Part shown: positions 9,912 through 19,573 of the stretch, piece by piece
Numbering within the stretch: position 1 is the stretch's first letter
Layout of the letters: each line of letters opens with the position of its first letter
DNA from: an uncultured Halioglobus sp.
GTDB taxonomy: Bacteria > Pseudomonadota > Gammaproteobacteria > Pseudomonadales > Halieaceae
Direction of reading: 5' to 3'
Assembly: GCA_964461965.1 (NCBI GenBank)
Contig: CAYWWD010000010.1
Coordinates: forward strand, 18 to 64,017
Length of the DNA: 64,000 bases
The notes under the pieces: model-generated
Seen by the model: the letters and a program-made list of their open reading frames with translations, nothing else
What the model was told of the DNA's origin: nothing
Databases searched by the model: none
Translations under genes and position numbers: made by a program

Positions 9912-10841
9912 TTACTGGCGCTCGCGCCCGCGCAGGCGGTCCACCACCAGGCGCGCGAGTGAGCCCACGATGCGCTTCTTGCGCAGCTGCCCGCGCGCAC
10001 CGACGATATCGCGCAGGGTGTAGGCGCGCTCCAGGTAGGACACATCGCTGACATAGTGGTAGCGCGGCTCGTCGTACACGCGCAGGTCGGCCAGCATCGC
10101 CTTGGCGTCGAACTCCCGCGCGTTGACGCCCATGTCCGGCACATGGATCTCACTAGCCTGCGACAGGAATGCCGTCCACCAGGCGAAGCCGCTGTTGGAG
10201 ACAATCATGCGGTTGAAGCCTTTTATGAACAGGAAATCATCGACCGGCTCGCCCTGCACATAGACCGGATCATAACGGGCGAAGATCCGGCGCACCTCCC
10301 TGTCGATGCCGAACCCGCAAATGTACAGCTTGCGAAACGTGAGTGTGTCAAGCAGCTGCGTATAGAACGCCAGGCTGATCGCCCAGCCCAGCACGACGTT
10401 GTCGCCGAGGCGGATGTGGATTACCACGTCGTCCGGGGAAATGGCGTGGCCGAAGTTCTGTGGCGCCACATCGAACCATTCACGTATACGCGCCTTGTGG
10501 GGGCGCAACAGGTCGTAGTGCTGGTAATAGCCGGCCATTTCAATGCGGCGGTCGTCGCGCCGGCGCAGTATGGCCGGCAGATCCAGCTTGAAGCCGTCGA
10601 ACCCCTCGTGTCCCATGCTGGCGCTGAAATCCACGGGCTGGGCGAAGGATTTTCCGGGCAGGCTGAGCGGTGCATCCCGGAAACGGGACATAAGCGCCAG
10701 CAGGCGCGGGATGTTTTTTTCGGGGTGCATGCGCGAATGGCTCACCTGGAGCGCATAGCCGAGATCCTCGGCAATCAGGCGCGCCGCCGTGTACTGGAAC
10801 AGGTTGTCGGCGATAAACCCGTTCATGCGCAGATGCACCAT
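9912..10841 (-). CDS. GT11-like (alpha-1,2-fucosyltransferase-like) glycosyltransferase
   Basis: VVIHIRLGD (HxRxxD), AGYYQH and IVSNSGFAWWTAFL motifs; divergent N-terminal motif GFIADNLFQY. Confidence 0.6.
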   Translation of the reverse strand: MVHLRMNGFIADNLFQYTAARLIAEDLGYALQVSHSRMHPEKNIPRLLALMSRFRDAPLSLPGKSFAQPVDFSASMGHEGFDGFKLDLPAILRRRDDRRIEMAGYYQHYDLLRPHKARIREWFDVAPQNFGHAISPDDVVIHIRLGDNVVLGWAISLAFYTQLLDTLTFRKLYICGFGIDREVRRIFARYDPVYVQGEPVDDFLFIKGFNRMIVSNSGFAWWTAFLSQASEIHVPDMGVNAREFDAKAMLADLRVYDEPRYHYVSDVSYLERAYTLRDIVGARGQLRKKRIVGSLARLVVDRLRGRERQ

Positions 10842-10848
10842 AGTCTCG

Positions 10849-12768
10849 CTACACGTCCTCGCGGCGCGAAAGGAAATAGGCTTCGACTTCGCGCTTCAGC
10901 GTCTCCCTGCCCTCGCGCCACGCCAGGCAGCCGGACGCGTCCCACACCAGGTCGGACGCTGGATCGAAGTCGTTGCGGTACAGGATGTCATGGCGTGTCA
11001 TGTAGCCACGATCCTCGCGCTTGCCGTGAAACATATCCGTCAGGTGCAGGCGCGCGTAATCGACCTTGCCGTCAATCGCGCCAGACCAACGCTGTGCCCA
11101 GTCCAGCAGTTGTGCGCGATACGCCTCGGAGCGGTTGCGATGCCCGCAGGCACTGCAGGGAAACTTCGACTGGCTGAGATCCTGGAACTGGCTGGCCGAA
11201 AAATCGCCGGCGAGACTGGCGATGTACATCAGTTTGTCGCCGCCACCGACCACGGCACCTTCAAACAGCGGCACACTGCGCAGTACCTCGGCTCGCGCCG
11301 CCCAGCCAAAACCGGACTGCCCACCCTTGAGCACACCGCCGAGCATGGACAGACCGCGACGTGACGGCTGCTGGTAGAGCTGCCCGGTGTCGCGGAAATA
11401 CTTGACTGCCGAGGGCGCGATGATGGGCGGCCCGCTGGCATGGGTCTGGATACCGATGGTTTCGAACACCTGGCACAGGTTGGCCCGTTCCAGTCGATCG
11501 GCTATTTCCAATGGCCAGTTGGCATCCTGGAACAGGATATCGCCGTCCAGCCAGGCGATCTTCCGATAGCCGTCGCTGAGCAATTGCTGGATACCGATAT
11601 TCAGCAGGCGCTCCTTGTGCCACAGCACGTTGTTTGAGCGCAGCTGGATCACGTCCTCGTGATCGACAATCCGGAATTCGTTGCTGCCAAAGGCGAGTTC
11701 CACCACCAGACAGCGCACGCCGCTCTCGCGCATGGCCGCCAGATACGCCTGGAAATTACTGACGCGCCGGGCCGAACCGCCGGGATTGAAAAAACAGGAC
11801 ACCACCGCCAGCTCGCGCTCGGGAAGCCCTGCTGAAAAGCGCGCGGCCGGGCGCGAGAGCGCGCGGCGCAGCGGTTTGCGGACAGCGCGGATCATGCCCT
11901 GCAGCTCACAGAAAGCGCCGCGCGCCACCGGCGACTCACGCAGACGCTCCGGCCCGAAACTCCTGACCTTGCGCAACAGTGTTGGGGAGATGACCCGCTT
12001 AAGCATGGCTTTCACGCCCGTGGACGAAGGCGCCGCTTCATCAGGAGACTTCTTCTTGATGACCGTGCGCTGGTGGCAGGCCTGGCACTCGAGCCCGCGC
12101 TTGAGGCGCCGGTTCTCCTCGATCAGCTGCGCATCCTGGGGCGTGTACTGTTGGCGGTTGGCATGCGGAAATTCTCGGTCTGGCACCGGCAGCCCGAGAA
12201 AGCCGCACAGTTTTTCCCAGCCGTCGCCCTGTTCGAAATTCATGACCAGCAATCTGCCGGTACCGGCGAAGTAGTCCTGCACCTCGCGGTTATAGCGCAG
12301 GTAGCTCTCGGTCATGGACTCCTTGCCCGGCTCGTGCACTCGCAGGTGTTGCTCGTAACGCGCCATCACACCGGGCTTGGTCACCGTAATCCAGCGTTCC
12401 GTGGAGCGCCACCAGGACTCGGGATCGCGCACTGTCAGGATGAAGCGGCTGTCCGGAAAGCGTTCGTAGAGATGCCGGTACATGCTCCACATGTTCCAGG
12501 GCCGATCCTCAAAGGCCTTGTAATGTTCGGCCAGGTCCAGCATCACATCGTACGATTTGTGTTTGTAGAAGTGCTGAATCAGGCGTCGCGCAGAGCGGTC
12601 ATACGTGTTCGGGGAGGCAATCGGCAAGAGGCGCAGGATCTCGAAACAGTGTTTCAGCGTAGAGGTGCCGGTTTTGTTCATGCCAATGCAGATGACGCGC
12701 TCGGACACAGCGCCCGGCGCGGTCGGTTCCTTGCTGCCTGTGCCCGTCGGCTCCCGGTCATTTACCAT
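10849..12768 (-). CDS. Fusion: N-terminal sulfotransferase plus C-terminal GT-A-like domain
   Basis: ICIGMNKTGTSTL and FILTVRDPESWWRS (sulfotransferase); WHKERLLNIGI..KIAWLDGDILF (DxD-type GT-like). Alternative start at 12786. Confidence 0.65.
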   Translation of the reverse strand: MVNDREPTGTGSKEPTAPGAVSERVICIGMNKTGTSTLKHCFEILRLLPIASPNTYDRSARRLIQHFYKHKSYDVMLDLAEHYKAFEDRPWNMWSMYRHLYERFPDSRFILTVRDPESWWRSTERWITVTKPGVMARYEQHLRVHEPGKESMTESYLRYNREVQDYFAGTGRLLVMNFEQGDGWEKLCGFLGLPVPDREFPHANRQQYTPQDAQLIEENRRLKRGLECQACHQRTVIKKKSPDEAAPSSTGVKAMLKRVISPTLLRKVRSFGPERLRESPVARGAFCELQGMIRAVRKPLRRALSRPAARFSAGLPERELAVVSCFFNPGGSARRVSNFQAYLAAMRESGVRCLVVELAFGSNEFRIVDHEDVIQLRSNNVLWHKERLLNIGIQQLLSDGYRKIAWLDGDILFQDANWPLEIADRLERANLCQVFETIGIQTHASGPPIIAPSAVKYFRDTGQLYQQPSRRGLSMLGGVLKGGQSGFGWAARAEVLRSVPLFEGAVVGGGDKLMYIASLAGDFSASQFQDLSQSKFPCSACGHRNRSEAYRAQLLDWAQRWSGAIDGKVDYARLHLTDMFHGKREDRGYMTRHDILYRNDFDPASDLVWDASGCLAWREGRETLKREVEAYFLSRREDV

Positions 12769-12778
12769 GTCCACCCTC

Positions 12779-13945
12779 TCATCCACCCGCTGTCAGCGGC
12801 GTCAGGCGCGCCAGCCCGATGGCCTGCTCGCCGCCGCCGGCGTAAAACAAATACAGCCTGCCCTCGTCGCTGAACACAAACGGGTCACGCAACGCATTCT
12901 CCGGCTCCCGGGCGATACCGTCGCGCGAAGGACGCGGTGCCAGGCTCGCGCCTTCCCAGTCGCGCTCCGCGCGCAGGATTTCGACCGGCGACTGCTGCGG
13001 CGCGGCCGCGTACCAGTCGGCTTCCGTCAGCTTCACATTCGTGGCGAGAATGCGTTCGGGCGAGTGCCCGGCCATGGTAAAGAAGACGTACAGCGTGTCA
13101 CCGGCCAGGTACAGGCCGAGGTGTCGAGGGCGAGGAGCCTGCTTCCGTTTACGCGCCACCGATACGTCGCGAGGGCCTGCCGGGAACTCCAGGAACCGGG
13201 ATTTGAGACACTTCCACAGGCCCTGCTGTATCCCGGCGTCCGCGTTACCTGCCTCCCAGGGAGCGCTGCTGTCGCGCGGGCGACAATAGCTTTTCCTGGT
13301 CAGGCCCTGCAACTGGTCGCGGAACGCAAACACCCGCAGATAGCTGGCGGCCAGCGGAGACGGCGCAATGCCGGCGGAAAAATCGAGCCCCGTGGTGGAG
13401 GTCGCCACATAAGACTGTTGCTCCCTCCAGTCCGCGCCGGTGTGCTGCGTGGTGCCGTGGAAATACATCTCGATGCGGCGTGCGTCGTGGTCGACATGCA
13501 CATCGGGCGAGGCGATGTGCGACACGATGGCAAGGCCATTGCCCAGATCGATGCGTCGTTCGGCGCCCATGTCGAGCACGCCGCGCGCACCTGGCGCCAC
13601 GTTCGCACCCGTGCGGTAGAGCTGCCACGGGCCTTCGATGTCGTGCGCCCAGGCCAGACGGATGTAATCGCCCGCATGGTGTGCGAAGTACATATAGTAG
13701 CGCGCGGTGGGCGCGGCCCGCTGTGCCGGGGGAATCCAGTCCGGCACCCGGATCACTGACGGACCGTTGAGATTGGCGCCCTCCGCGGCCGGCGCACCGA
13801 GTTGCCGGAAGTGTTGCGCGGTGAGAATGGGTTCGCCGCCGTTTAGTCGCTCAGCCGTGAAATTTTGTGCCCACAGCGGCAATGATAGAAGACACAGGAA
13901 ACTCAACAGCCATCCGGCCAGTGACGTGGAACTGCAGTTGAACAT
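12779..13945 (-). CDS. Exported five-bladed beta-propeller glycoside-hydrolase-like protein (GH43/32/130-like)
   Basis: Signal peptide ending LWAQ; YYMYFAHH, HIASPDV, ALRDPFVF..YLFYAGGGE blade motifs. Confidence 0.55.
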   Translation of the reverse strand: MFNCSSTSLAGWLLSFLCLLSLPLWAQNFTAERLNGGEPILTAQHFRQLGAPAAEGANLNGPSVIRVPDWIPPAQRAAPTARYYMYFAHHAGDYIRLAWAHDIEGPWQLYRTGANVAPGARGVLDMGAERRIDLGNGLAIVSHIASPDVHVDHDARRIEMYFHGTTQHTGADWREQQSYVATSTTGLDFSAGIAPSPLAASYLRVFAFRDQLQGLTRKSYCRPRDSSAPWEAGNADAGIQQGLWKCLKSRFLEFPAGPRDVSVARKRKQAPRPRHLGLYLAGDTLYVFFTMAGHSPERILATNVKLTEADWYAAAPQQSPVEILRAERDWEGASLAPRPSRDGIAREPENALRDPFVFSDEGRLYLFYAGGGEQAIGLARLTPLTAGG

Positions 13946-14123
13946 GCTGGCCCTGCGGTGGCGCCATCAGCGGGCGATTTGCGGTGGGCAATCATAGACC
14001 GGACGCTGTGGGCTTGGCAAAGTTTTGCTAAGATTGTGCCGCTCCCATCGCTGCACAGACCCATGATGAATCCTTCGCGTATTCCGCTGACTCTCCGTCG
14101 TCCCGATCGCACAGCCACACAGC

Positions 14124-15530
14124 ATGCCGCGCAACGGTTCTAACGCGTCACTCACCGTCACCCTGGCCCCGTTGCTCGACGGCCTGTGGGTGGCGTTCGC
14201 CGGATGGCTCGCCTATGCCACACGCTGGGACCGGTGGGGTATGCCGCTGGAATACCTCTCCGTGCTGGTACTCGGCACCGGGCTGGTCCTGGTGTTATTC
14301 CCCGCCACCGGCGCCTATCGCGCCTGGCGGGAAAGGCGCTACTGGCAGAACACCGCCAATGCGCTGCCCGGCCTGTGCCTGGTCGCGGCCCTGCTCATGG
14401 TGGTGGGCACGCTCACCAAGACGACAGCGTATTTCTCCCGCCTGTGGATGGCGTACTGGCTGCTGTACACCTTTGCCTCGCTGTTCCTGTTCCGCCTCGG
14501 CATCGCCACCCTGGCACAGGCGCTGCGCCTCGGTGTGTCCCGACCCACGCGCATACTGATCGTCGGCGAGGGCGAGTTAGCGCAGTCCGTGGCGTCCAGG
14601 CTGCGGCGCGCGGTGGACGCGAACTGGGAAGTGGTCGATATCGTCGCCCCATTCGCCACGGGTCGCCAGGTGGCCAATGGCTTGCCGACGGTGGATGCAT
14701 CACTTCACGCGATGGAAGCACGGCTCTACAATCCCGGCAGCGACATTGATGAAATCTGGATCGCTATGGACAACACCGCGCCGGACCGGCAGGACGCCGT
14801 GATCGACGTGCTGCGCACCAGCAGCGTGACCGTGCGCTATGTCCCTGACCTGTCCATGCTGGCACTGCTCAATCATGCGCCCTCGGAAGTCGCGGGCATG
14901 ACCGTGGTCGATCTCAATGCGTCACCGCTCACCGGCTACAACACGCTGATCAAAGCCGCTGTCGACAAACTCATCGCCATGGTCGCGCTGCTGGCACTGT
15001 CGCCGTTGCTGGTGGTGATCGCGGCACTCATCAAACACGACTCGCCGGGGCCGGTATTCTTCCGGCAGCAGCGCCACGGCTGGGATGGCCGGGTCATCAA
15101 CGTGCTGAAATTCCGGACCATGCGGGATACACCGGCGCCGGGGGACGATGCGCGACAGGCCAGCCACAACGATCCGCGTGTCACGTCGATCGGCCGCCTG
15201 CTGCGCAGCACCAGCCTGGATGAGTTGCCGCAGTTCATCAACGTGCTGCGCGGGGATATGTCTGTGGTCGGGCCACGCCCTCACCCGCTGGCACTGAACC
15301 AGAGTTTCGCCGGTCGCATCGATGCCTATATGCAACGCCACCGGGTAAAACCGGGAATCACGGGCTGGGCGCAGGTACACGGGCTGCGCGGTGAAACCCA
15401 GACGCTGGAGAAAATGCAACGGCGCATCGAGTTCGACCTCTATTACATCCAGCACTGGTCGCTGTGGCTGGACATCAGGATCATCCTGCTCACCCTGGCC
15501 ACCGGATGGAGCGGCAAGAATGCCTATTGA
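14124..15530 (+). CDS. wcaJ: Undecaprenyl-phosphate glucose phosphotransferase (WcaJ family)
   Basis: N-terminal TM helices; KFRTM, RSTSLDELPQFINVLRGDMSVVGPRP and VKPGITGWAQVHG motifs. Confidence 0.92.
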   Translation: MPRNGSNASLTVTLAPLLDGLWVAFAGWLAYATRWDRWGMPLEYLSVLVLGTGLVLVLFPATGAYRAWRERRYWQNTANALPGLCLVAALLMVVGTLTKTTAYFSRLWMAYWLLYTFASLFLFRLGIATLAQALRLGVSRPTRILIVGEGELAQSVASRLRRAVDANWEVVDIVAPFATGRQVANGLPTVDASLHAMEARLYNPGSDIDEIWIAMDNTAPDRQDAVIDVLRTSSVTVRYVPDLSMLALLNHAPSEVAGMTVVDLNASPLTGYNTLIKAAVDKLIAMVALLALSPLLVVIAALIKHDSPGPVFFRQQRHGWDGRVINVLKFRTMRDTPAPGDDARQASHNDPRVTSIGRLLRSTSLDELPQFINVLRGDMSVVGPRPHPLALNQSFAGRIDAYMQRHRVKPGITGWAQVHGLRGETQTLEKMQRRIEFDLYYIQHWSLWLDIRIILLTLATGWSGKNAY

Positions 15531-16431
15531 GTCCGGACCGAACCTATTCATCGTCGGCGCACAGAAAGCCGGCACCAGCGCACTGGCGGGCTGGCTCAGC
15601 CAGCATCCGCAGGTGTGCATGTCGTTCCCCAAGGAGCCGGGCTTCCTGGCGTTCGGCAACGCCGGCTATACCTTCCCGGACGGTTATGGCAGGCCCGCGC
15701 CCGCCAGCCAGTATGTGGTGCGCAGCGAACGCGCGTATCTCAAGCTGTTCGAGCAGGCGACGCCATTGCAACACATCCGCGGCGAAGCCAGCACCTGGTA
15801 CTTCGCGCTCCCGGGGATGGCGCAGACGCTGCGCAACTACCGGCCCGAGGCGAAGATTGTCGTGATGCTGCGCGACCCGGTGGAGCGTGCCTACTCCGCG
15901 TGGTGCCACGCCCGCAGTGACGATCTCGAACCCTGCGCCAGTTTTTCCGCGGCACTCGCGCAGGAGGCACAGCGTGGCGATGTGGAGTTCCTGCTGCGCT
16001 ACCAGCGCATGGGCCTGTACAGCGCGGCGCTGGCGGAATACCAGTCAACCTTTCCGGCGGCGCAACTGCTGGTGCTGTTCCACGACGACGTGCGCGCCGA
16101 TCCGCTGGCGGTCTGGCACGCAGTCTGTGCGTTCCTCGGCATCGATGCAGCACACACTCCCGCCTTCGACAAGCGTTACAACCGCTCCGGACAGCCGCGT
16201 AACCGCCTGCTGCACGGCCTGTTACGCTCGCACCAGATCAAGCGCGTAGTGCGCGCCGTACTGCCGCATCGACTGTTGATGCGCGCCAAACAGCAGGTGG
16301 ATGCGGTGAACCTCGTACAGTTTCCGGCCATGGACGCTGCCAGTCGCGCGGCACTGCGCGAGTATTATCGACCGGATATCCAGCAGCTCAGCCGGTTGAC
16401 GAACAGGGACCTGGCGGCTTGGCTACAGTAA
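15520..16431 (+). CDS. Sulfotransferase (glycan-type)
   Basis: 5'-PSB GAQKAGTSAL, KEPGF, EASTWY, 3'-PB LRDPVERAYSAW; ATG overlaps the wcaJ stop region. Confidence 0.88.
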   Translation: MPIESGPNLFIVGAQKAGTSALAGWLSQHPQVCMSFPKEPGFLAFGNAGYTFPDGYGRPAPASQYVVRSERAYLKLFEQATPLQHIRGEASTWYFALPGMAQTLRNYRPEAKIVVMLRDPVERAYSAWCHARSDDLEPCASFSAALAQEAQRGDVEFLLRYQRMGLYSAALAEYQSTFPAAQLLVLFHDDVRADPLAVWHAVCAFLGIDAAHTPAFDKRYNRSGQPRNRLLHGLLRSHQIKRVVRAVLPHRLLMRAKQQVDAVNLVQFPAMDAASRAALREYYRPDIQQLSRLTNRDLAAWLQ

Positions 16432-17222
16432 ACATCGCGGACGCCGTGCGACAGCCGGATGCAAACCAGCCGTACTTCGGCACCCGCGTCCACCCGCAGA
16501 CCTTCGAACAGTGGGTGGAGGGAATTGCACGCGTGCGCGAAAGCGGGCAGCGCCGGTGGTTGAGCGGCCACCACAACCTGCACAGCCTCTACCAGCTGCC
16601 GCGAGATACCGACGTGCGCCGCTTCTACGCGCGTTGTGACGACTGTTATATCGACGGCATGCCGGTGCTGCTGTTGCTCCGGGCGTTCGGTGTGCGCACC
16701 AACACCGCACAGCGCTTTTCGCTGATGGATCATTTCCTGGACCTGCTGCACCTCGCCGAACAGCGGCAGTGGTCCGTGTTCTACCTCGGCGCCAGCGAAT
16801 CAGTCGTCGCCGCGGGCAGTGCCCTGATTGCACGGCGCTTTCCTGCGCTGCGCATCCAATTGCACCACGGTTACTGCAGCGATTCGGCTGCGCTGGTGCG
16901 GGCGATCAACGCGCAGCGCCCCGATGTACTACTGGTGGGCATGGGCATGCCGCGCCAGGAGCGCTGGCTGCTGGAACATCTCGACGCGCTCGACGTGGGT
17001 GTTGCCACACAGGCCGGCGCCACGCTGGATTACTACACTGGCGCCCAGGCCCGGCCACCGCTGTGGCTGAGCCGGCTGGGCCTGGCCTGGTTGTATCGCC
17101 TGGCGCACGACCCAGCGCGGCTCTGGCGGCGCTATCTGCTGGAGCCCTGGAGCCTGTTGCCACCCACGCTGCGCCACTGGCGGCAGTTGCGCCGCGCCGG
17201 GCGACAGGCACATGAACAGTAA
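16419..17222 (+). CDS. WecB/TagA/CpsF family glycosyltransferase
   Basis: IDGMPV, VFYLGA, DVLLVGMGMPRQERW, RAPLW-like ARPPLW, RLWRRYL. Start is uncertain. Confidence 0.9.
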   Translation: MATVNIADAVRQPDANQPYFGTRVHPQTFEQWVEGIARVRESGQRRWLSGHHNLHSLYQLPRDTDVRRFYARCDDCYIDGMPVLLLLRAFGVRTNTAQRFSLMDHFLDLLHLAEQRQWSVFYLGASESVVAAGSALIARRFPALRIQLHHGYCSDSAALVRAINAQRPDVLLVGMGMPRQERWLLEHLDALDVGVATQAGATLDYYTGAQARPPLWLSRLGLAWLYRLAHDPARLWRRYLLEPWSLLPPTLRHWRQLRRAGRQAHEQ

Positions 17223-18564
17223 CGGCGCGCCGCGCGCGGCGACGTATTCCAGCCGCAACTTTCTGCGGCGCAGCGCCTTCGTTGCTGTCATACGGGTGAG
17301 CGGGCTGTTCTTCGTCTTTTTGCTGCAGGTCGTTCTCGCACGGCTCATCGGAAATGGCGAGGAGTACGGTGTCTACGCGTGGGGCCAGTCGCTGATGTTC
17401 CTGGCAGGTTCGCTGGCCTGCCTGGGGTTACCCGTCATCACCAACCGGTTCATTGCAGCGCTGCGCACGCAGCGCGATGAACAGGGCATCATCAATGTGG
17501 TGCGCACATCGCGCGTCCTGCTGCTGCGCGCCTCGGGCGTGCTGGTGCTGGTTGCACTGCTGGTCAACCTCGCCTGGCGCGACGCACCCGACGGGCAGCA
17601 CTACCGGAACGTGGCGAGCCTCGCGTTCCTGCTGGCACCCGGCGTCACGTTCGCCTACCTGTACCTCGACTATTGCCGGGCACGGCAGTGGCTCGGGCTC
17701 GCCCTGCTGCCGCTCAACGTCATGCGCCCCTTGGTGACCGGCGCGCTGGTATATGGTGCCTGGTGGCTGTCGGGCGCCAGGCTCTCCGGCGAACTGGTCA
17801 TGGGCCTGGCCGGCGGCAGCGTGCTGGCGGTACTGTTGCCGCAGATGTTCATCTTCCATCGGCGCTCGCGTCGACTCGCCGCCAGCAGCGGCACCGCATC
17901 ATCGGCACCCGGCGATTACCACCCGTCGCAGTTGTTTCGCACCTCGCTGCCGGTGTTTGCCGTACGCTGCGCGGCGCTGACGATTCGCTACTCCAATGTG
18001 CTGCTGGTGGGCTTTCTCGCAGGGCCGGCGGCCGCCGGCGCGTATTTTGCCGCCGAGCGGCTGGCCCAACTCGCGGCGATCCCCCAGTCCGTCGTCGGCT
18101 CGGTCAACCAGCAGTCCATGGCGGCGGCCCACGCCACCCACAATGCCGCAGGCGTACAGAAGATAGTGACGCAGAGCGCGCACGGCAGCCTGTGGCCCAC
18201 GTTGCTGATTGCGATTGGCCTCGCCGTACTGGCCACACCCCTGTTGCAACTGTTCGGCGACGATTTTCCAACGGCACGGATGACACTCATCACGCTGGCC
18301 ATCGGCAACGTGATCGGCGTCGCCATGGGTCCGGCGCAGGATGTGCTGATCATGACCGGGCGGCAGCGGCGAGTCCCCCGCATCATGCTGCTCGCGGCCG
18401 CCGTGCACCTCGTCGCGCTCACCCTGCTCGTGCCTGTCTACGGCGCGGTGGGCGCAGCGCTCGCCAGTATCGCCAGCGGCCTGGTCGGGGCGTTCCTGTC
18501 GATGCGCGTGGCGCACCAGGAGATGGGAATCAGCACCACAGTGCTCCGGAGCCTGCGCCGATGA
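17212..18564 (+). CDS. Polysaccharide flippase (Wzx/MOP-like)
   Basis: About 12 hydrophobic segments; EYGVYAWGQSL and AGAYFAAERL motifs. Confidence 0.8.
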   Translation: MNSNGAPRAATYSSRNFLRRSAFVAVIRVSGLFFVFLLQVVLARLIGNGEEYGVYAWGQSLMFLAGSLACLGLPVITNRFIAALRTQRDEQGIINVVRTSRVLLLRASGVLVLVALLVNLAWRDAPDGQHYRNVASLAFLLAPGVTFAYLYLDYCRARQWLGLALLPLNVMRPLVTGALVYGAWWLSGARLSGELVMGLAGGSVLAVLLPQMFIFHRRSRRLAASSGTASSAPGDYHPSQLFRTSLPVFAVRCAALTIRYSNVLLVGFLAGPAAAGAYFAAERLAQLAAIPQSVVGSVNQQSMAAAHATHNAAGVQKIVTQSAHGSLWPTLLIAIGLAVLATPLLQLFGDDFPTARMTLITLAIGNVIGVAMGPAQDVLIMTGRQRRVPRIMLLAAAVHLVALTLLVPVYGAVGAALASIASGLVGAFLSMRVAHQEMGISTTVLRSLRR

Positions 18565-19571
18565 ATGCGCCGCACCTGTCCATTGTCATCAACAATTACA
18601 ACTACGCGCGGTATCTGCCCCAGGCGCTGGACAGCGCCCTGCGCCAGATGCTCGCAGGTGATGAACTGATCGTCGTCGATGACGGTTCGACCGACGGCTC
18701 CTCTGCACTGCTGCGCCGGTATGAACACGAGCATGGCATCCGGGTGATCGAACAGGCGAATCGCGGCCAGATGGGTTCGGTCAGCGCCGGAATCGCGGCG
18801 GCGAGCGGTGAGGTCGTGGTCCTGCTCGACAGCGACGATTATTTCCTCGACGGCTACCTCGAGCGCCTGCGCGAGGTCTATAGGGGAAACCCGGACGTTT
18901 CCTTTGTCTTCGCCAACGCCGAGATCGGCGGCGACAGCGCTGCCGGCTGCGACAACATGCGCGGACTGTTTCATCGGCTGGAACTTCCCGCCGGCAGGCT
19001 TGGTACCAGCAAGTGGGCCGCCCTGCTGTTCCAAGAATTTGTGGGCCTGCCCACTTCCGGCCTGTCGCTGCATCGATCGCTGGCTGTGCGGATCATCGCA
19101 CTGCGCACCGAGCAGGAAGAAGCCGTCGCCATTCCGGCGCTGCGGGCGCGGCTATTGCGCATCTCCAAAACCGAGCAGGCGAAATCCCGGTATACCGCCG
19201 ACGGCGTGATCGTGCGCTGCGCCTCGATATTTGGCGCGCAGAAATACTACGACGACCGTCCGGGCTTTTTTTACCGCATCCACGGCAATAACAAATACGC
19301 CGGCACTTCGCGGCTGGGACGCTGGTACCTGCTGCGCCTGCGCAAACAGCAGTTCGCGAAACTGTTCAGCCAGCATCCTGCCCTCGCGCAAAGACCTACC
19401 GCGCTCGAGCTGCGCGAGGAGATCGTCGGGCGCGCGTTCGGCAGGCGCCTGCTGCGGCGCATCACCGTGCGCGGCAACTACTGCCGCGCAGTACTGCGCA
19501 GCAGAGGCAGCGGGCGGGAGAAGCTTGCAGCCCTGGCGGCTGCCCTGGGATGGCACCGCCGGGCGCCCTGA
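18561..19571 (+). CDS. Glycosyltransferase family 2
   Basis: SIVINNYNYARYL, VVDDGSTDGS, LLDSDD; ATGA overlap with the flippase. Confidence 0.9.
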   Translation: MNAPHLSIVINNYNYARYLPQALDSALRQMLAGDELIVVDDGSTDGSSALLRRYEHEHGIRVIEQANRGQMGSVSAGIAAASGEVVVLLDSDDYFLDGYLERLREVYRGNPDVSFVFANAEIGGDSAAGCDNMRGLFHRLELPAGRLGTSKWAALLFQEFVGLPTSGLSLHRSLAVRIIALRTEQEEAVAIPALRARLLRISKTEQAKSRYTADGVIVRCASIFGAQKYYDDRPGFFYRIHGNNKYAGTSRLGRWYLLRLRKQQFAKLFSQHPALAQRPTALELREEIVGRAFGRRLLRRITVRGNYCRAVLRSRGSGREKLAALAAALGWHRRAP

Positions 19572-19573
19572 TC

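Noticed and set aside
12073-12087. CQACH as a heme-c attachment site
   Set aside because: The protein has no export signal and heme c attachment occurs outside the cytoplasm; kept only as a possible Zn ligand.
14014-14030. Possible sigma-54 promoter TTGGCAAAGTTTTGCT upstream of wcaJ
   Set aside because: GG-to-GC spacing is 9 nt rather than the required 10; it may be a near-palindromic operator, but this cannot be supported.
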